A stretch of 24,000 nt of DNA, taken from Alphaproteobacteria bacterium. Lineage in GTDB: Bacteria; Pseudomonadota; Alphaproteobacteria; Ferrovibrionales; Ferrovibrionaceae. Shown here piece by piece: positions 8,745-20,633 of the stretch. The first letter of the stretch is position 1. Each line of letters opens with the position of its first letter. Below the pieces are notes generated by a model that saw nothing but the letters and a program-made list of their open reading frames with translations, did no database searches and was not told the origin of the DNA. The translations under genes were made by a program, and so were the position numbers. Where the stretch lies: contig JAHCJR010000051.1 in assembly GCA_026126165.1 (NCBI GenBank), forward strand, positions 1,015 to 25,014. The letters are read 5' to 3'.

Positions 8745-9965
8745 ATGGGCGGCGGGATCGACCGGGTTCGCGCGCAGTACGAGGTCTATCCCTATCCTTC
8801 CCGCAATCCGGACGACGAGGCGCGCCGGCTCGTGGTCGGCTCGCCCTCGCATCTGGCGGAGATCGAGCATTACTGTTTTGCCGGCCGCCTGCCGCGCCCC
8901 TTCCGCGCGCTGGTGGCCGGTGGCGGCACCGGCGACGGGCTGGTCATGCTGGCGCAGCATCTGCACACGCGCGGCATCGAGGCGGAGGTCACCTATCTCG
9001 ACCTCTCGGCGGCGGCCCGCTCGGTGGCGGAAGCGCGCATCGCGCGGCGGGGCCTGCGCAACGTCCGCTTCGTCACCGGATCGCTGCTCGAGGTGGCCCG
9101 CCTGGCGCCCGGCCCGTTCCACTATGTGGATTGCTGCGGCGTGCTGCATCACCTGCCCGATCCCGATGCGGGCCTGCTTGCCCTGGTCAGCGTGCTTGCG
9201 CCCGATGGCGCGCTCGGCCTCATGCTCTATGGCGAACTGGGCCGCACCGGCGTCTATCCGATGCAGCGCGCGTTGCGTCTGCTGGCCGCCGACCTGCCGC
9301 CGGCCGAACAGGTGCGGCTGGCGCGCCGTCTGCTCGGCGGACTGCCGGAGAGCAACTGGCTGCGCCGCAACCCGTTTCTCGGCGATCGGCAAAGCGAGAG
9401 CGATGCGGATCTCTACGATCTGCTGCTGCATTCGCAGGACCGCGCCTACCGCGTGCCGCAGATCCTCGCCATGCTGGAGACGGCCGGCCTTTCGCTCGCC
9501 GCCTTCATCGAGCCGGCCAAGTACGAACCCGCCACCTGGCTCGGCGACACGGTCATTCTCGAGCGCTGTGCCCGGCTGCCCGAGGCGGATCGATGGGCGC
9601 TGGCGGAAGACGTGGCCGGCGCCATGAAGGCGCATGTCTTCTATGCCGTGCGCCGGGCGCGTGCCGGACAGAGCATGGCGCGGGCCGACGCGCCGGATGC
9701 CATCCCCGTGCTGCGCGAGATCCAGCCGGCGGCGCTCGCGCGCACGCTGGCGCGCGGCGGCCATCTCAAGGTCGCTCTGGATGGGCGCGAACTGAAGCTG
9801 CCGATCCCCGAGGGCATCGCCGAGATCGTCGCCGCCATCGATGGCCGGCGCACGCTCGCCGAAATCCGCCGCCTGACGGGCTATGCGGAAGCGGATTTTG
9901 CCGCGCGCCATGCGCGGCTGCGCGCATTGCTTGCGCCCCTCAACCTGCTGCTCTGCCGCTACTGA
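8745..9965 (+). CDS. class I SAM-dependent methyltransferase with C-terminal PqqD/RRE-like extension
   Basis: 406-aa ORF starting 5 nt after the preceding stop. Motif I is ALVAGGGTGDG, with post-I LDLS and CCGVLHHLPDP. About 200 further residues end in IAEIVAAIDGRRTLAEIRRL...LRALLAPLNLL. Confidence 0.75.
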   Translation: MGGGIDRVRAQYEVYPYPSRNPDDEARRLVVGSPSHLAEIEHYCFAGRLPRPFRALVAGGGTGDGLVMLAQHLHTRGIEAEVTYLDLSAAARSVAEARIARRGLRNVRFVTGSLLEVARLAPGPFHYVDCCGVLHHLPDPDAGLLALVSVLAPDGALGLMLYGELGRTGVYPMQRALRLLAADLPPAEQVRLARRLLGGLPESNWLRRNPFLGDRQSESDADLYDLLLHSQDRAYRVPQILAMLETAGLSLAAFIEPAKYEPATWLGDTVILERCARLPEADRWALAEDVAGAMKAHVFYAVRRARAGQSMARADAPDAIPVLREIQPAALARTLARGGHLKVALDGRELKLPIPEGIAEIVAAIDGRRTLAEIRRLTGYAEADFAARHARLRALLAPLNLLLCRY

Positions 9966-10465
9966 CCGGTCTCGTGGCGGAAGCGGATGAAGTCGAGTTC
10001 CGGCGGCGCCACCGCCGTCTGGCAAAGCAGGTCGTGCACCTGGCCGCGATGATGGGTCTGGTGATTGAACAGGTTGGTCAGGATGAGGTCGGCCCGCTCG
10101 CTCATCCGCTCGCCCTTGAGGGTGGCGAAGGAAAGACGCCGCAGGAAATCTTCCTCGGTCAGGCCGTCGACATAGGCTTCGAGCAGTGCGTCCTCGGCCT
10201 GTCGCGCCACATGCAGCCCGAGGAAGTCCGCATAGAGTTCCTGGTCGAGCGCATAGATGCCGGAACTCGTGCCCTGCAGGCGTCCGAGCCAGAGCCTGTC
10301 CACCACGAGCAGGTGGTTGAGCGTGCCGTGAATGCTCTTGAAGAAAGCCGGCCGCGTGCGCAGATACTCGGCCTCCGGCAACTTGCGGCAGGCACCGAAG
10401 AGCCGATCGTTGGCCCAGGCATTGAAGCGCGCCATGCGCCGGAAATGCTCGCTTGCGTAGCCCAT
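9959..10465 (-). CDS. DinB-family (four-helix-bundle, metal-dependent) protein
   Basis: 168-aa ORF. FNAWANDRL, GTLNHLLVVDRLWLGRL and NLFNHQTHHRGQV are typical DinB/YfiT His-triad motifs. It lies 39 nt downstream of the acetoacetyl-CoA synthetase gene on the same strand. Confidence 0.8.
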   Translation of the reverse strand: MGYASEHFRRMARFNAWANDRLFGACRKLPEAEYLRTRPAFFKSIHGTLNHLLVVDRLWLGRLQGTSSGIYALDQELYADFLGLHVARQAEDALLEAYVDGLTEEDFLRRLSFATLKGERMSERADLILTNLFNHQTHHRGQVHDLLCQTAVAPPELDFIRFRHETGQ

Positions 10466-10504
10466 CGCGCCTTCCCCCTGCTGCCCCGCCGCTGCGCCCG
10501 TCCG

Positions 10505-12457
<1,953 letters not shown>

Positions 12458-12590
12458 GTCTCTCTACTCCTCCCCGTGGCGCGGTGCCCAAGGCTAAGGC
12501 CCGGCCGGGCCGGCATCAAGCGCCGCACGCATGACCGCCCGGCTGCTTTCGCGTTCGTGATCGCCGGACCGGGTGCTAGACTGGCGCGCA

Positions 12591-13589
12591 ATGTCCGATT
12601 GGGAAACACGGCTGGCTGCCCGCACGGGCTGGGCGAGGCTTGCGCCGAATGCACGCGGGGCCGTGTGGACCCTGTGCGCTGCCTTCCTCTTCTCCCTCAT
12701 GGCGCTGCTGGTCAAGCTGCTCGGCAACCGGCTCGACAGTTTCCAGATCGCCTTCTTTCGCGCCGCCTTCGGCCTGCTCGGCATCCTTCCCTTTGCGCTC
12801 GCCGCGGGTGCCGCATGCTGGCAGACGCGACGCTTACCCCTGCATTTCCTGCGCGGCTCGATCGGCATGCTGGCGATGTTCTGCGGCTTCTATGCGCTGA
12901 CGCACCTGCCGCTCGCCGATGCGGTGGCGCTGAGCTTCACCAAGCCGCTGTTCCTCATCGTGCTGGCGACGATCCTGCTCGGCGAGAAGATCCGCGCCCG
13001 CCGCATCACCGCCACCGCCGCCGGCTTTCTCGGCGTGCTGATCATGCTGCGCCCGGGTGGCGAGCCGGACCCGGCGGCGCTGGTGGCGCTTGCCGGCGCG
13101 CTCTGTGTCGCCTTCGTCGTGGTCACGGTGAAGAAGCTCGTGCAGACCGAGCGGCCGGTCACGGTGATGTTCTATTTCGGCCTGATCTCTACCGCCATCG
13201 CCGCCATCCCGGCCGCCCTGGTCTGGCAGCAGCCGACGGCGGGCGAGTTCGTGGCGCTGGTCTCGATCGGCCTGCTCGGCGCGACGGCGCAGAGCTGCAT
13301 GATCCGCGGTTACCAGGTGGCGGAGGCGATGGCGGTGGCCTCGCTGGACTATACCCGGCTGATCTATGCGGGACTATTCTCGATCTTTATCTTTCACGAG
13401 ATCCCCGACCGGTGGAGCGTGTTCGGCGCGGCGATCATCGTCGCCTCGACCTTCTACATCGTCTATCGCGAGAACCAGCTCGGCCGCCGTCCGACCGCCC
13501 CGATGGTGGACCAGGCGCCGATCAAGCCGGACGATATCGCCACCCAGACCCGGACGGGGGACAAGGACGACAGGCGGGCGGCGGACTGA
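12591..13589 (+). CDS. DMT-superfamily (EamA-like) transporter
   Basis: This is a hydrophobic multi-pass protein with two EamA-like halves. The ATG at 12591 is preferred over the GTG at 12573 used in the track, but the start is uncertain. A hydrophilic ~40-aa C-terminal tail follows. Confidence 0.8.
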   Translation: MSDWETRLAARTGWARLAPNARGAVWTLCAAFLFSLMALLVKLLGNRLDSFQIAFFRAAFGLLGILPFALAAGAACWQTRRLPLHFLRGSIGMLAMFCGFYALTHLPLADAVALSFTKPLFLIVLATILLGEKIRARRITATAAGFLGVLIMLRPGGEPDPAALVALAGALCVAFVVVTVKKLVQTERPVTVMFYFGLISTAIAAIPAALVWQQPTAGEFVALVSIGLLGATAQSCMIRGYQVAEAMAVASLDYTRLIYAGLFSIFIFHEIPDRWSVFGAAIIVASTFYIVYRENQLGRRPTAPMVDQAPIKPDDIATQTRTGDKDDRRAAD

Positions 13590-13592
13590 GCC

Positions 13593-13967
13593 TCAGGCGC
13601 CGGGCGGCTCGATTTCCCCGCCCAGGGTCCGCCGGGCGCGTTCGCGGTGTTCCGGGCGGATATGTGCGCCGATTGCCTTCATGGCGGCCAGCAGGACGGC
13701 GAGATCGTCGGTATAACCGAGACCGAGAATGATGTCGGGGATGACGTCCGCCGGCAGCACGAAATAGGCGAGCGCGCCGAACAGCGTCGCCCGGGCGAAG
13801 AGCGGGGTGGCGCGGTCGTTGGCGCAGTACCAGGCCGCCAGGAGGTCCTCGCTGAAGGGGATCCGGCCCAAGGTGGCGCGGAATTTCGGCCAGAACCCCT
13901 CGCGCACGCGCTTCTCGTCCTGGCGGAGCTTTTCCTCGTCGAACGCCTCTTGGTCGCCCTCGCGCAT
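13593..13967 (-). CDS. YkvA/DUF1232-family membrane protein
   Basis: LLAAWYCANDRATPLFARATLFGALAYFVLPADVIPDIILGLGYTDDLAVL matches the DUF1232 core. The ATG at 13965-13967 is preferred over the TTG at 13985. It is convergent with the EamA gene, with a 3-nt gap. Confidence 0.7.
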   Translation of the reverse strand: MREGDQEAFDEEKLRQDEKRVREGFWPKFRATLGRIPFSEDLLAAWYCANDRATPLFARATLFGALAYFVLPADVIPDIILGLGYTDDLAVLLAAMKAIGAHIRPEHRERARRTLGGEIEPPGA

Positions 13968-14095
13968 CTTTTCCAGCCTCCTCAACGACCCTTTCCGCCA
14001 TATGGGGATGGCCGGGCCCTCTCGCCAGCCCGCCGCCGATCTGCTAAGAACCGCGCCGGGTTTTCGACAACGGGAATGGACGAGAGGACGGGCCC

Positions 14096-14857
14096 ATGGA
14101 CCTCAAAGGTGTGGTTGCGATCATCACGGGCGGCGCGTCGGGGCTTGGCGCGGGCACGGCGCGGGAGCTGGCCGGTGCGGGCGCGAAATGCGCGCTCTGG
14201 GACATGAACATCGATCTGGCCGCAAAGACCGCCGCCGAGATCGGCGGCATGGCGGTGCAGGTCAACGTGGCCGACGCCGATTCGGTCGCCAAGGGCCTGG
14301 CGGAGGTCAAGGCCAGGCTCGGTGCGCCGCGCATCCTGGTGAATTGTGCGGGCATCGGCCGCGCCGGCAAGACCGTCGGCCGCGACGGGCCGCTGGCCCT
14401 CGAGCAGTTCGCGCAGGTGATCAATGTCAACCTGATCGGCACCTTCAACTGCATCCGCCTCTGCGCCGCCGAGATGGGCAAGCTCGAGCCGCTCGCGGAT
14501 GGCGAGCGCGGGGTGATCATCAATACCGCCTCCGTCGCCGCCTTCGACGGCCAGATCGGGCAGGCGGCCTATTCCGCCTCCAAGGGCGGCGTGGTCGGCA
14601 TGACGCTGCCCATCGCCCGCGACCTGATGGATGTGGGCATCCGGGTCTGCACCATCGCGCCCGGCCTCTTCAACACGCCGATGATGCATGGCCTGCCCGA
14701 TAACGTGAAGGCGGCGCTCTCCGCCTCGGTGCCCTTCCCGAAGCGGCTCGGCGAACCGTCCGAGTATGGCAAGCTGGCGCGCCACATCGTCGAGAATCCG
14801 ATGCTGAACGGCGAGACGATCCGGCTGGACGGTGCGATCCGGATGGCGCCGCGCTGA
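14096..14857 (+). CDS. 3-hydroxyacyl-CoA dehydrogenase type 2-like SDR (HSD17B10-like)
   Basis: The 253-aa ORF resembles human HSD17B10 as remembered along most of its length: [81 protein letters not shown] and [12 protein letters not shown]. Confidence 0.9.
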   Translation: MDLKGVVAIITGGASGLGAGTARELAGAGAKCALWDMNIDLAAKTAAEIGGMAVQVNVADADSVAKGLAEVKARLGAPRILVNCAGIGRAGKTVGRDGPLALEQFAQVINVNLIGTFNCIRLCAAEMGKLEPLADGERGVIINTASVAAFDGQIGQAAYSASKGGVVGMTLPIARDLMDVGIRVCTIAPGLFNTPMMHGLPDNVKAALSASVPFPKRLGEPSEYGKLARHIVENPMLNGETIRLDGAIRMAPR

Positions 14858-14878
14858 CCGGGCGGCCTGCAGCCGGTT

Positions 14879-15175
14879 TCAGGCGCGGGCCGCCGCCGTC
14901 TCGATGAAGCGGGCGAGCGCGATATCGCGCGCGCTCAGGCCGCCGGCATCGTGCGTGGTGAGCAGGATCTCGACGCGGTTGTAGACATTGAACCATTCCG
15001 GATGATGGTCCATCCGTTCCGCCATCAGCGCGACCCGGCTCATGAAGCCGAACGCCTCGTTGAAGTCGCGGAAGGTGAAGGTCTTGCCGATCGCCTCGCG
15101 CCCCTCGGCCGGCTTCCAGCCTGACAGTTCCGCCAGCGCCGCCTGCCGCTCCGCCCCGGTCAGCTTGGGAATCAT
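14879..15175 (-). CDS. phhB: 4a-hydroxytetrahydrobiopterin dehydratase (PCD/DCoH family)
   Basis: The 98-aa product starts at ATG 15173-15175 ([11 protein letters not shown]...), preceded by an AAGGAGA SD 5 nt upstream. DHHPEW.NVYNRV is the PCD signature. The longer 238-aa track ORF is an artefactual extension. Confidence 0.85.
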   Translation of the reverse strand: MIPKLTGAERQAALAELSGWKPAEGREAIGKTFTFRDFNEAFGFMSRVALMAERMDHHPEWFNVYNRVEILLTTHDAGGLSARDIALARFIETAAARA

Positions 15176-15238
15176 GCCGTTCTCCTTTGGATACATGCCG
15201 CCATTCCAAACCCCGCCACCATGTTCTAGCCTGTGACG

Positions 15239-15643
15239 ATGAGCAATTCGAGACACTTCACCACCGCGCCGACGCTCGACGAACTCGACGAACTGGCGCG
15301 CCTGGCCTTCGCGACGATTCCGGACGAACTGCGCCGGCATTGCCAGGGACTCGTGATCCGCATCGCCGACTTTCCGGACGAGGACGTCATCGAGGAGATG
15401 GAACTCGAAACGCCCTTCGACCTGCTCGGCCTCTATCAGGGCGTGAGTCTCGAGCGGCGCAGCATGCAGGATTCCGGGTCGCTGCCCGACATGATCTTCC
15501 TTTATCGCCGGCCGCTGCTCGATTTCTGGTGCGAGACGGGCGAGGATCTCAAGGCACTGGTCCGCCACGTAATGATCCACGAGATCGGTCACCATTTCGG
15601 TTTCTCCGACGAGGACATGGAGGCGCTCGAGCAGGGCGACTGA
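15239..15643 (+). CDS. zincin-like minimal metallopeptidase family protein (DUF1025/Zincin_1-like)
   Basis: The ~134-aa acidic protein has the HExxH motif ([17 protein letters not shown]) near its C-terminus. The start could be ATG 15239 or GTG 15233. Confidence 0.7.
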   Translation: MSNSRHFTTAPTLDELDELARLAFATIPDELRRHCQGLVIRIADFPDEDVIEEMELETPFDLLGLYQGVSLERRSMQDSGSLPDMIFLYRRPLLDFWCETGEDLKALVRHVMIHEIGHHFGFSDEDMEALEQGD

Positions 15644-15675
15644 ATGGCGCCGGCATCCATCTGGGGGAAAGCAGC

Positions 15676-16698
15676 ATGAAGCAATGGCGAGTGTCCGGCG
15701 GTGCCGGTCTCGATCACCTGCAACTCGTCGAAGTGCCGGTGCCCGAACCGGGACCGCGCGAGGTACTGGTCCGGCTCGGCGCCGCCGCGCTGAACTATCG
15801 CGACCTGCTCACCATAAAGGGCGGCTACGGATCGCGTCAGTTGAAGGAGCTGGTACCGCTTTCGGACGGCGCCGGTACGGTCGAGGCCCTCGGGCCGGGC
15901 GTCACGCGGTTCGGAGTGGGCGATCGCGTCACCGCCAATTTCTTCCAGTCCTGGATCGGCGGTCCGCCATCCGAAGCACGCCTGGCGGGCAACCTCGGCG
16001 GCATGCTCGAGGGCACGCTCACCGAATACCGGGTGTTCCACGAGGACGGGCTGGTTGCCACGCCGCCCCATCTCAGTGACGCCGAGGCGGCGAGCCTGAC
16101 CTGCGCCGGCCTGACCGCGTGGAGCGCCGTGGTCACCCAGGGTCGCGTGCAGCCCGGCGAGACGGTTCTGGTGCAGGGCACGGGCGGGGTATCGCTCTTT
16201 GCCCTGCAATTTGCCCGCATGGCGGGGGCCAGGATCATCGCCACCTCATCGAGCGAAGAGAAGCTGGCAAGGCTGCGCCAACTCGGTGCCGACGAAACGA
16301 TCAATTACCGGACCACGCCGGACTGGGGCAAGGTGGCGCGCGGGATGGCTGGCGGCCTGGGTGTCGATCACGTGGTGGAAGTGGGTGGTGCGGGCACGCT
16401 AAACCAGTCGATCCGCGCCGTCCGCGTCGGCGGCACCATCAGCATGATCGGCGTGCTGGCGGGCCCGGCCGAAGGGGATCTCGCCATTCCCCTGGTGGTC
16501 ATGCAGAACATCCGCCTGCAGGGCGTCACCGTCGGCTCGCGCGACCAGATGGAGGCCATGTGCAGGGCCATCGCCCGTCTGGGCGTGCGTCCGGTGATCG
16601 ACCGGATATTTCCCTTCGCCGAGGCAAAGGACGCTTTCGCCCACATGGCTGCGGGCCGGCATTTCGGCAAGGTGGCGATCGCGCTGCGGGATGATTGA
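15676..16698 (+). CDS. zinc-type alcohol dehydrogenase / quinone oxidoreductase-like MDR protein
   Basis: Start at ATG 15676 ([33 protein letters not shown]). AAALNYRD is present, as is the nucleotide-binding motif [17 protein letters not shown]. The gene lies 32 nt downstream of the zincin gene. Confidence 0.85.
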   Translation: MKQWRVSGGAGLDHLQLVEVPVPEPGPREVLVRLGAAALNYRDLLTIKGGYGSRQLKELVPLSDGAGTVEALGPGVTRFGVGDRVTANFFQSWIGGPPSEARLAGNLGGMLEGTLTEYRVFHEDGLVATPPHLSDAEAASLTCAGLTAWSAVVTQGRVQPGETVLVQGTGGVSLFALQFARMAGARIIATSSSEEKLARLRQLGADETINYRTTPDWGKVARGMAGGLGVDHVVEVGGAGTLNQSIRAVRVGGTISMIGVLAGPAEGDLAIPLVVMQNIRLQGVTVGSRDQMEAMCRAIARLGVRPVIDRIFPFAEAKDAFAHMAAGRHFGKVAIALRDD

Positions 16699-16728
16699 CG
16701 CTGCGCCCGGCCCTGCGCTGGCGCGGAA

Positions 16729-16832
16729 CCCTCACCCAACCCTCTCCCACAAAGTGGGAGAGGGTTCCTTTTTCTCCCTCTCCCACGATGTGGGCTTGAG
16801 CCGCGAAGCGGATCAGGTGGTCGGGGTGAGGG
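16729..16832. repeat. REP/BIME-like nested palindromic intergenic element
   Basis: The outer inverted repeat is CCCTCACCC (16729-16737) / GGGTGAGGG (16824-16832). It encloses the perfect 11-bp hairpin and a second, degenerate CCCTCTCCCAC-GAT-GTGGG copy (16776-16794). Confidence 0.45.
16740..16775 (+). terminator. intrinsic terminator-like hairpin (part of a REP-like element)
   Basis: Perfect 11-bp stem CCCTCTCCCAC / GTGGGAGAGGG with an AAA loop (16740-16764), followed by TTCCTTTTTCT. It lies 42 nt after the stop of the MDR gene. Confidence 0.55.
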
Positions 16833-16844
16833 GACGAAGCGGCC

Positions 16845-17309
16845 TCAGGCCGCCTGCGCCTCGCCCTCGATGGCCGGGCGGGCGCGCTCGACCTTGATCT
16901 TGCGCGGCTTCATCGCTTCCGGCACTTCGCGGATCAGCTCGATCTGCAGGAGTCCATTCTCCAGGCTGGCTCCTGCCACGCGGATCGTGTCGGCCAGCGC
17001 GAAGCGGCGCTCGAATGCGCGGCGGGCGATGCCGCGATGCAGATAGCGGACCTGTTCGCCTTCGGGCTCGGCCTTTGCCTTGCCGCTCACGATCAGGGTG
17101 CGATCCTGCACGGTGATGTCGAGATCGTCCTCCGCGAAGCCGGCGACCGCGAGCGTCACGCGATAGCGGTCCTCGTCATGGGCCTCGATATTGTAGGGAG
17201 GGTAGCCCTGCGCGGATTCGTCCATGCGGGCGACGGTCTCGAACAGCCGGTCGAAATGATCGAAGCCGACGGTCGAACGCAGAAGGGGGGAAAGGTCGAA
17301 GGCACGCAT
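16845..17309 (-). CDS. Hsp20/alpha-crystallin-family small heat-shock protein (IbpA-like)
   Basis: MRAFDLSPLLRSTVGFDHFDRLF...YPPYNIE...YRVTLAVAGF...L.I...N.L.I is IbpA-like. The second ATG (17307-17309) is preferred because it sits 8 nt from the AGGAGG SD. The first ATG (17313-17315) is only 2 nt from it. Confidence 0.9.
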   Translation of the reverse strand: MRAFDLSPLLRSTVGFDHFDRLFETVARMDESAQGYPPYNIEAHDEDRYRVTLAVAGFAEDDLDITVQDRTLIVSGKAKAEPEGEQVRYLHRGIARRAFERRFALADTIRVAGASLENGLLQIELIREVPEAMKPRKIKVERARPAIEGEAQAA

Positions 17310-17406
17310 CGTCATATCCTCCTTGGAGCAACATGAATGATGACTTGGTCCGCCGTGAAGCCGGACCTACGATCCGGCCGGAGCCCGCCAAGCGGCGCCC
17401 CGGCCA
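17310..17406 (-). promoter_or_regulatory. ROSE-like RNA thermometer in the hsp20 5' leader
   Basis: The mRNA-sense sequence is UCAUGUUGCUC-CAAG-GAGGAUAUGA (17312-17336). It folds into a 10-bp stem (8 Watson-Crick and 2 G-U pairs) with a single bulged G in UUGCU opposite the SD. The stem sequesters GGAGGA and the first AUG. Two further GC-rich hairpins lie upstream in a ~97-nt leader. Confidence 0.5.
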
Positions 17407-17413
17407 CATCCCG

Positions 17414-17441
17414 ATTTGGGGAGGGCCGGCCCGGATTCAAG
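17414..17441 (-). promoter_or_regulatory. candidate RpoH (sigma32)-type heat-shock promoter of hsp20
   Basis: The minus-strand sequence is CCCCTTGAA-N14-CCCCAAAT. The -35 CTTGAA is at 17436-17441 and the -10 is at 17414-17421. The remembered consensus is CTTGAA-N13-15-CCCCATNT. Confidence 0.45.
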
Positions 17442-17476
17442 GGGAAGGATTAACCCCGCCTGGTTAGGATGGTCCG

Positions 17477-17899
17477 ATGTCCGACGCGCCCGCTCCCGCC
17501 ATGCCAAGCCTGTTCCTGGCCCGGACCTACGGGGAGGCGGAGTCTCTCCTGGCGGAGGCACGGGACTATCTGGCCTTCTGCGTCCGCACCGCCCATGCCG
17601 CGGTGCCGCCCGAACGCAAGCTGCATTTCGCCCTGGAATCGAGCCGGCTCACCGCGCGGCTGGTCAACCTGATGGCCTGGCTCCTGCTGCAACGGGCGGT
17701 CCATGCCGGGGAACTGTCCCGGCAGGCGGCGCTCGCCGAGGCGCCGGAACTCTCCCGCCGCGCCGGCATTCTCGCCAACCCGTCCGGCGAGGGCCTGCCG
17801 CTCGCCATGCAGGAACTCCTGCAGCGTTCGCACCGGCTCTATGTGCGCGTGGCCCGCCTCGACGCGATGGCAAGGGAACGGGTGCAGTCCGACCCCTGA
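17477..17899 (+). CDS. rcdA: DUF1465-family protein, RcdA-like (regulator of CtrA degradation)
   Basis: 140-aa ORF. ESSRLTARLVNLMAWLLLQRAVHAGEL and LLQRSHRLYVRVARLD resemble Caulobacter RcdA (ESMRLTTRLMQLASWLL.QRAV..GE...ERSERLY.RV..LD) as remembered. Confidence 0.7.
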   Translation: MSDAPAPAMPSLFLARTYGEAESLLAEARDYLAFCVRTAHAAVPPERKLHFALESSRLTARLVNLMAWLLLQRAVHAGELSRQAALAEAPELSRRAGILANPSGEGLPLAMQELLQRSHRLYVRVARLDAMARERVQSDP

Positions 17900-17969
17900 G
17901 GCGATCGGACAATGCCTGGAACGACCTGGACTCTCTGGATCGGTGCGCGCCCCGAGCGGTGCGCGCGCG

Positions 17970-18194
17970 TTATTTCATGCCGAGATTGGCGAAGCGCTTT
18001 TTGAACTTGGCGACCTGGCCGCCGGAATCGACAAGCCGGGTCTGGCCACCGGTCCAGGCCGGATGCGAGCGCGAATCAATGTCGAGCACCAGGGTTTCAC
18101 CCGCCTTGCCCCAGGTCGAACGGGTCTTGTAGGTGGTCCCGTCGGTCATCTGGACCGTGATTTCGTGATAGTCGGGGTGAATCTTCGCTTTCAT
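17970..18194 (-). CDS. rpmE: 50S ribosomal protein L31 (bL31), Cys-less form
   Basis: The 74-aa product is [30 protein letters not shown]...[19 protein letters not shown] (ATG at 18192-18194). No CxxC zinc-ribbon cysteines are present. The longer track ORF is an artefactual extension. Confidence 0.95.
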   Translation of the reverse strand: MKAKIHPDYHEITVQMTDGTTYKTRSTWGKAGETLVLDIDSRSHPAWTGGQTRLVDSGGQVAKFKKRFANLGMK

Positions 18195-18219
18195 GGCGCC
18201 GTCTCCAGAACGAGCGCGC

Positions 18220-18248
18220 TTTATAGCCACTGACCGGTGGGGAGGCAA
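18220..18248 (-). promoter_or_regulatory. candidate sigma70-type promoter of rpmE
   Basis: The minus-strand sequence is TTGCCT (18243-18248), a 17-nt spacer, then TATAAA (18220-18225). This leaves a ~20-nt leader containing a GGAGA SD. This is a sequence match only. Confidence 0.4.
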
Positions 18249-18462
18249 GCGCTTTCCGCCCCGAAGCAGCCATGCGGGGGAGCCGTGGGCATGGTCAAGG
18301 ATTGCGAAGATTCTTGAGTATTTACAAATACTTGCGGCACTACCTGCAAACCGTCCGCCAAACCCCGTGGGCGACGGCGGCCTTGCTGGGCCGTGCCGGG
18401 GGCTGCTATACCCCGATCTTCGAGGCCAAGGGGGCCGGGAACCGCCGGGGACAGGCAGCAGC

Positions 18463-18795
18463 ATGCATCTGAGCGACGCGGAGTTCGAGACCCTGGTCGA
18501 ACGTGTCCTGGAGCGCTGGCTCGATGCCATCGAGGATGCGGAACTGGCGCCGCTCGAGGCGGAGCTGCAGAACGGCATTCTGACCGTGCGCGCGGAGGGG
18601 GCGGGGACTTTCATCGTGAACAAGCATATGCCGCTCAAGCAGCTCTGGTATTCCTCGCCCTATTCCGGCGCGAGCCATTATGTGTTTGAGCCCGTCTCGC
18701 GGCTCTGGCGCAACACGCGCGAGGGCCAGGACCTGGCCGGCCTGTTCGGGGCCGAACTCTCGCGCGCCGGCGGCGGCAGAGTGGCGCTCGACTAG
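18463..18795 (+). CDS. cyaY: iron donor protein CyaY (bacterial frataxin)
   Basis: The 110-aa product starts at ATG 18463 ([25 protein letters not shown]...NGILTV....[23 protein letters not shown]). It aligns with E. coli CyaY as remembered. Confidence 0.85.
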   Translation: MHLSDAEFETLVERVLERWLDAIEDAELAPLEAELQNGILTVRAEGAGTFIVNKHMPLKQLWYSSPYSGASHYVFEPVSRLWRNTREGQDLAGLFGAELSRAGGGRVALD

Positions 18796-20619
<1,824 letters not shown>

Positions 20620-20633
20620 CGCGGAGGGATGGC

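Noticed and set aside
14879-15175. An orphan pterin-4a-carbinolamine dehydratase with no phenylalanine hydroxylase gene nearby, considered as an anomaly.
   Set aside because: From established knowledge, PCD-family genes without an adjacent phhA are common in bacteria. This is not unusual enough to flag as a finding.
17941-17966. A direct repeat of CGGTGCGCGC (two copies), or a GCGCGC hairpin, between rcdA-like and rpmE as a bidirectional terminator.
   Set aside because: The stem is only 6 bp of self-complementary GCGCGC with a 10-nt loop and a weak T-tract (GCGTTATTT). That is too weak to call.
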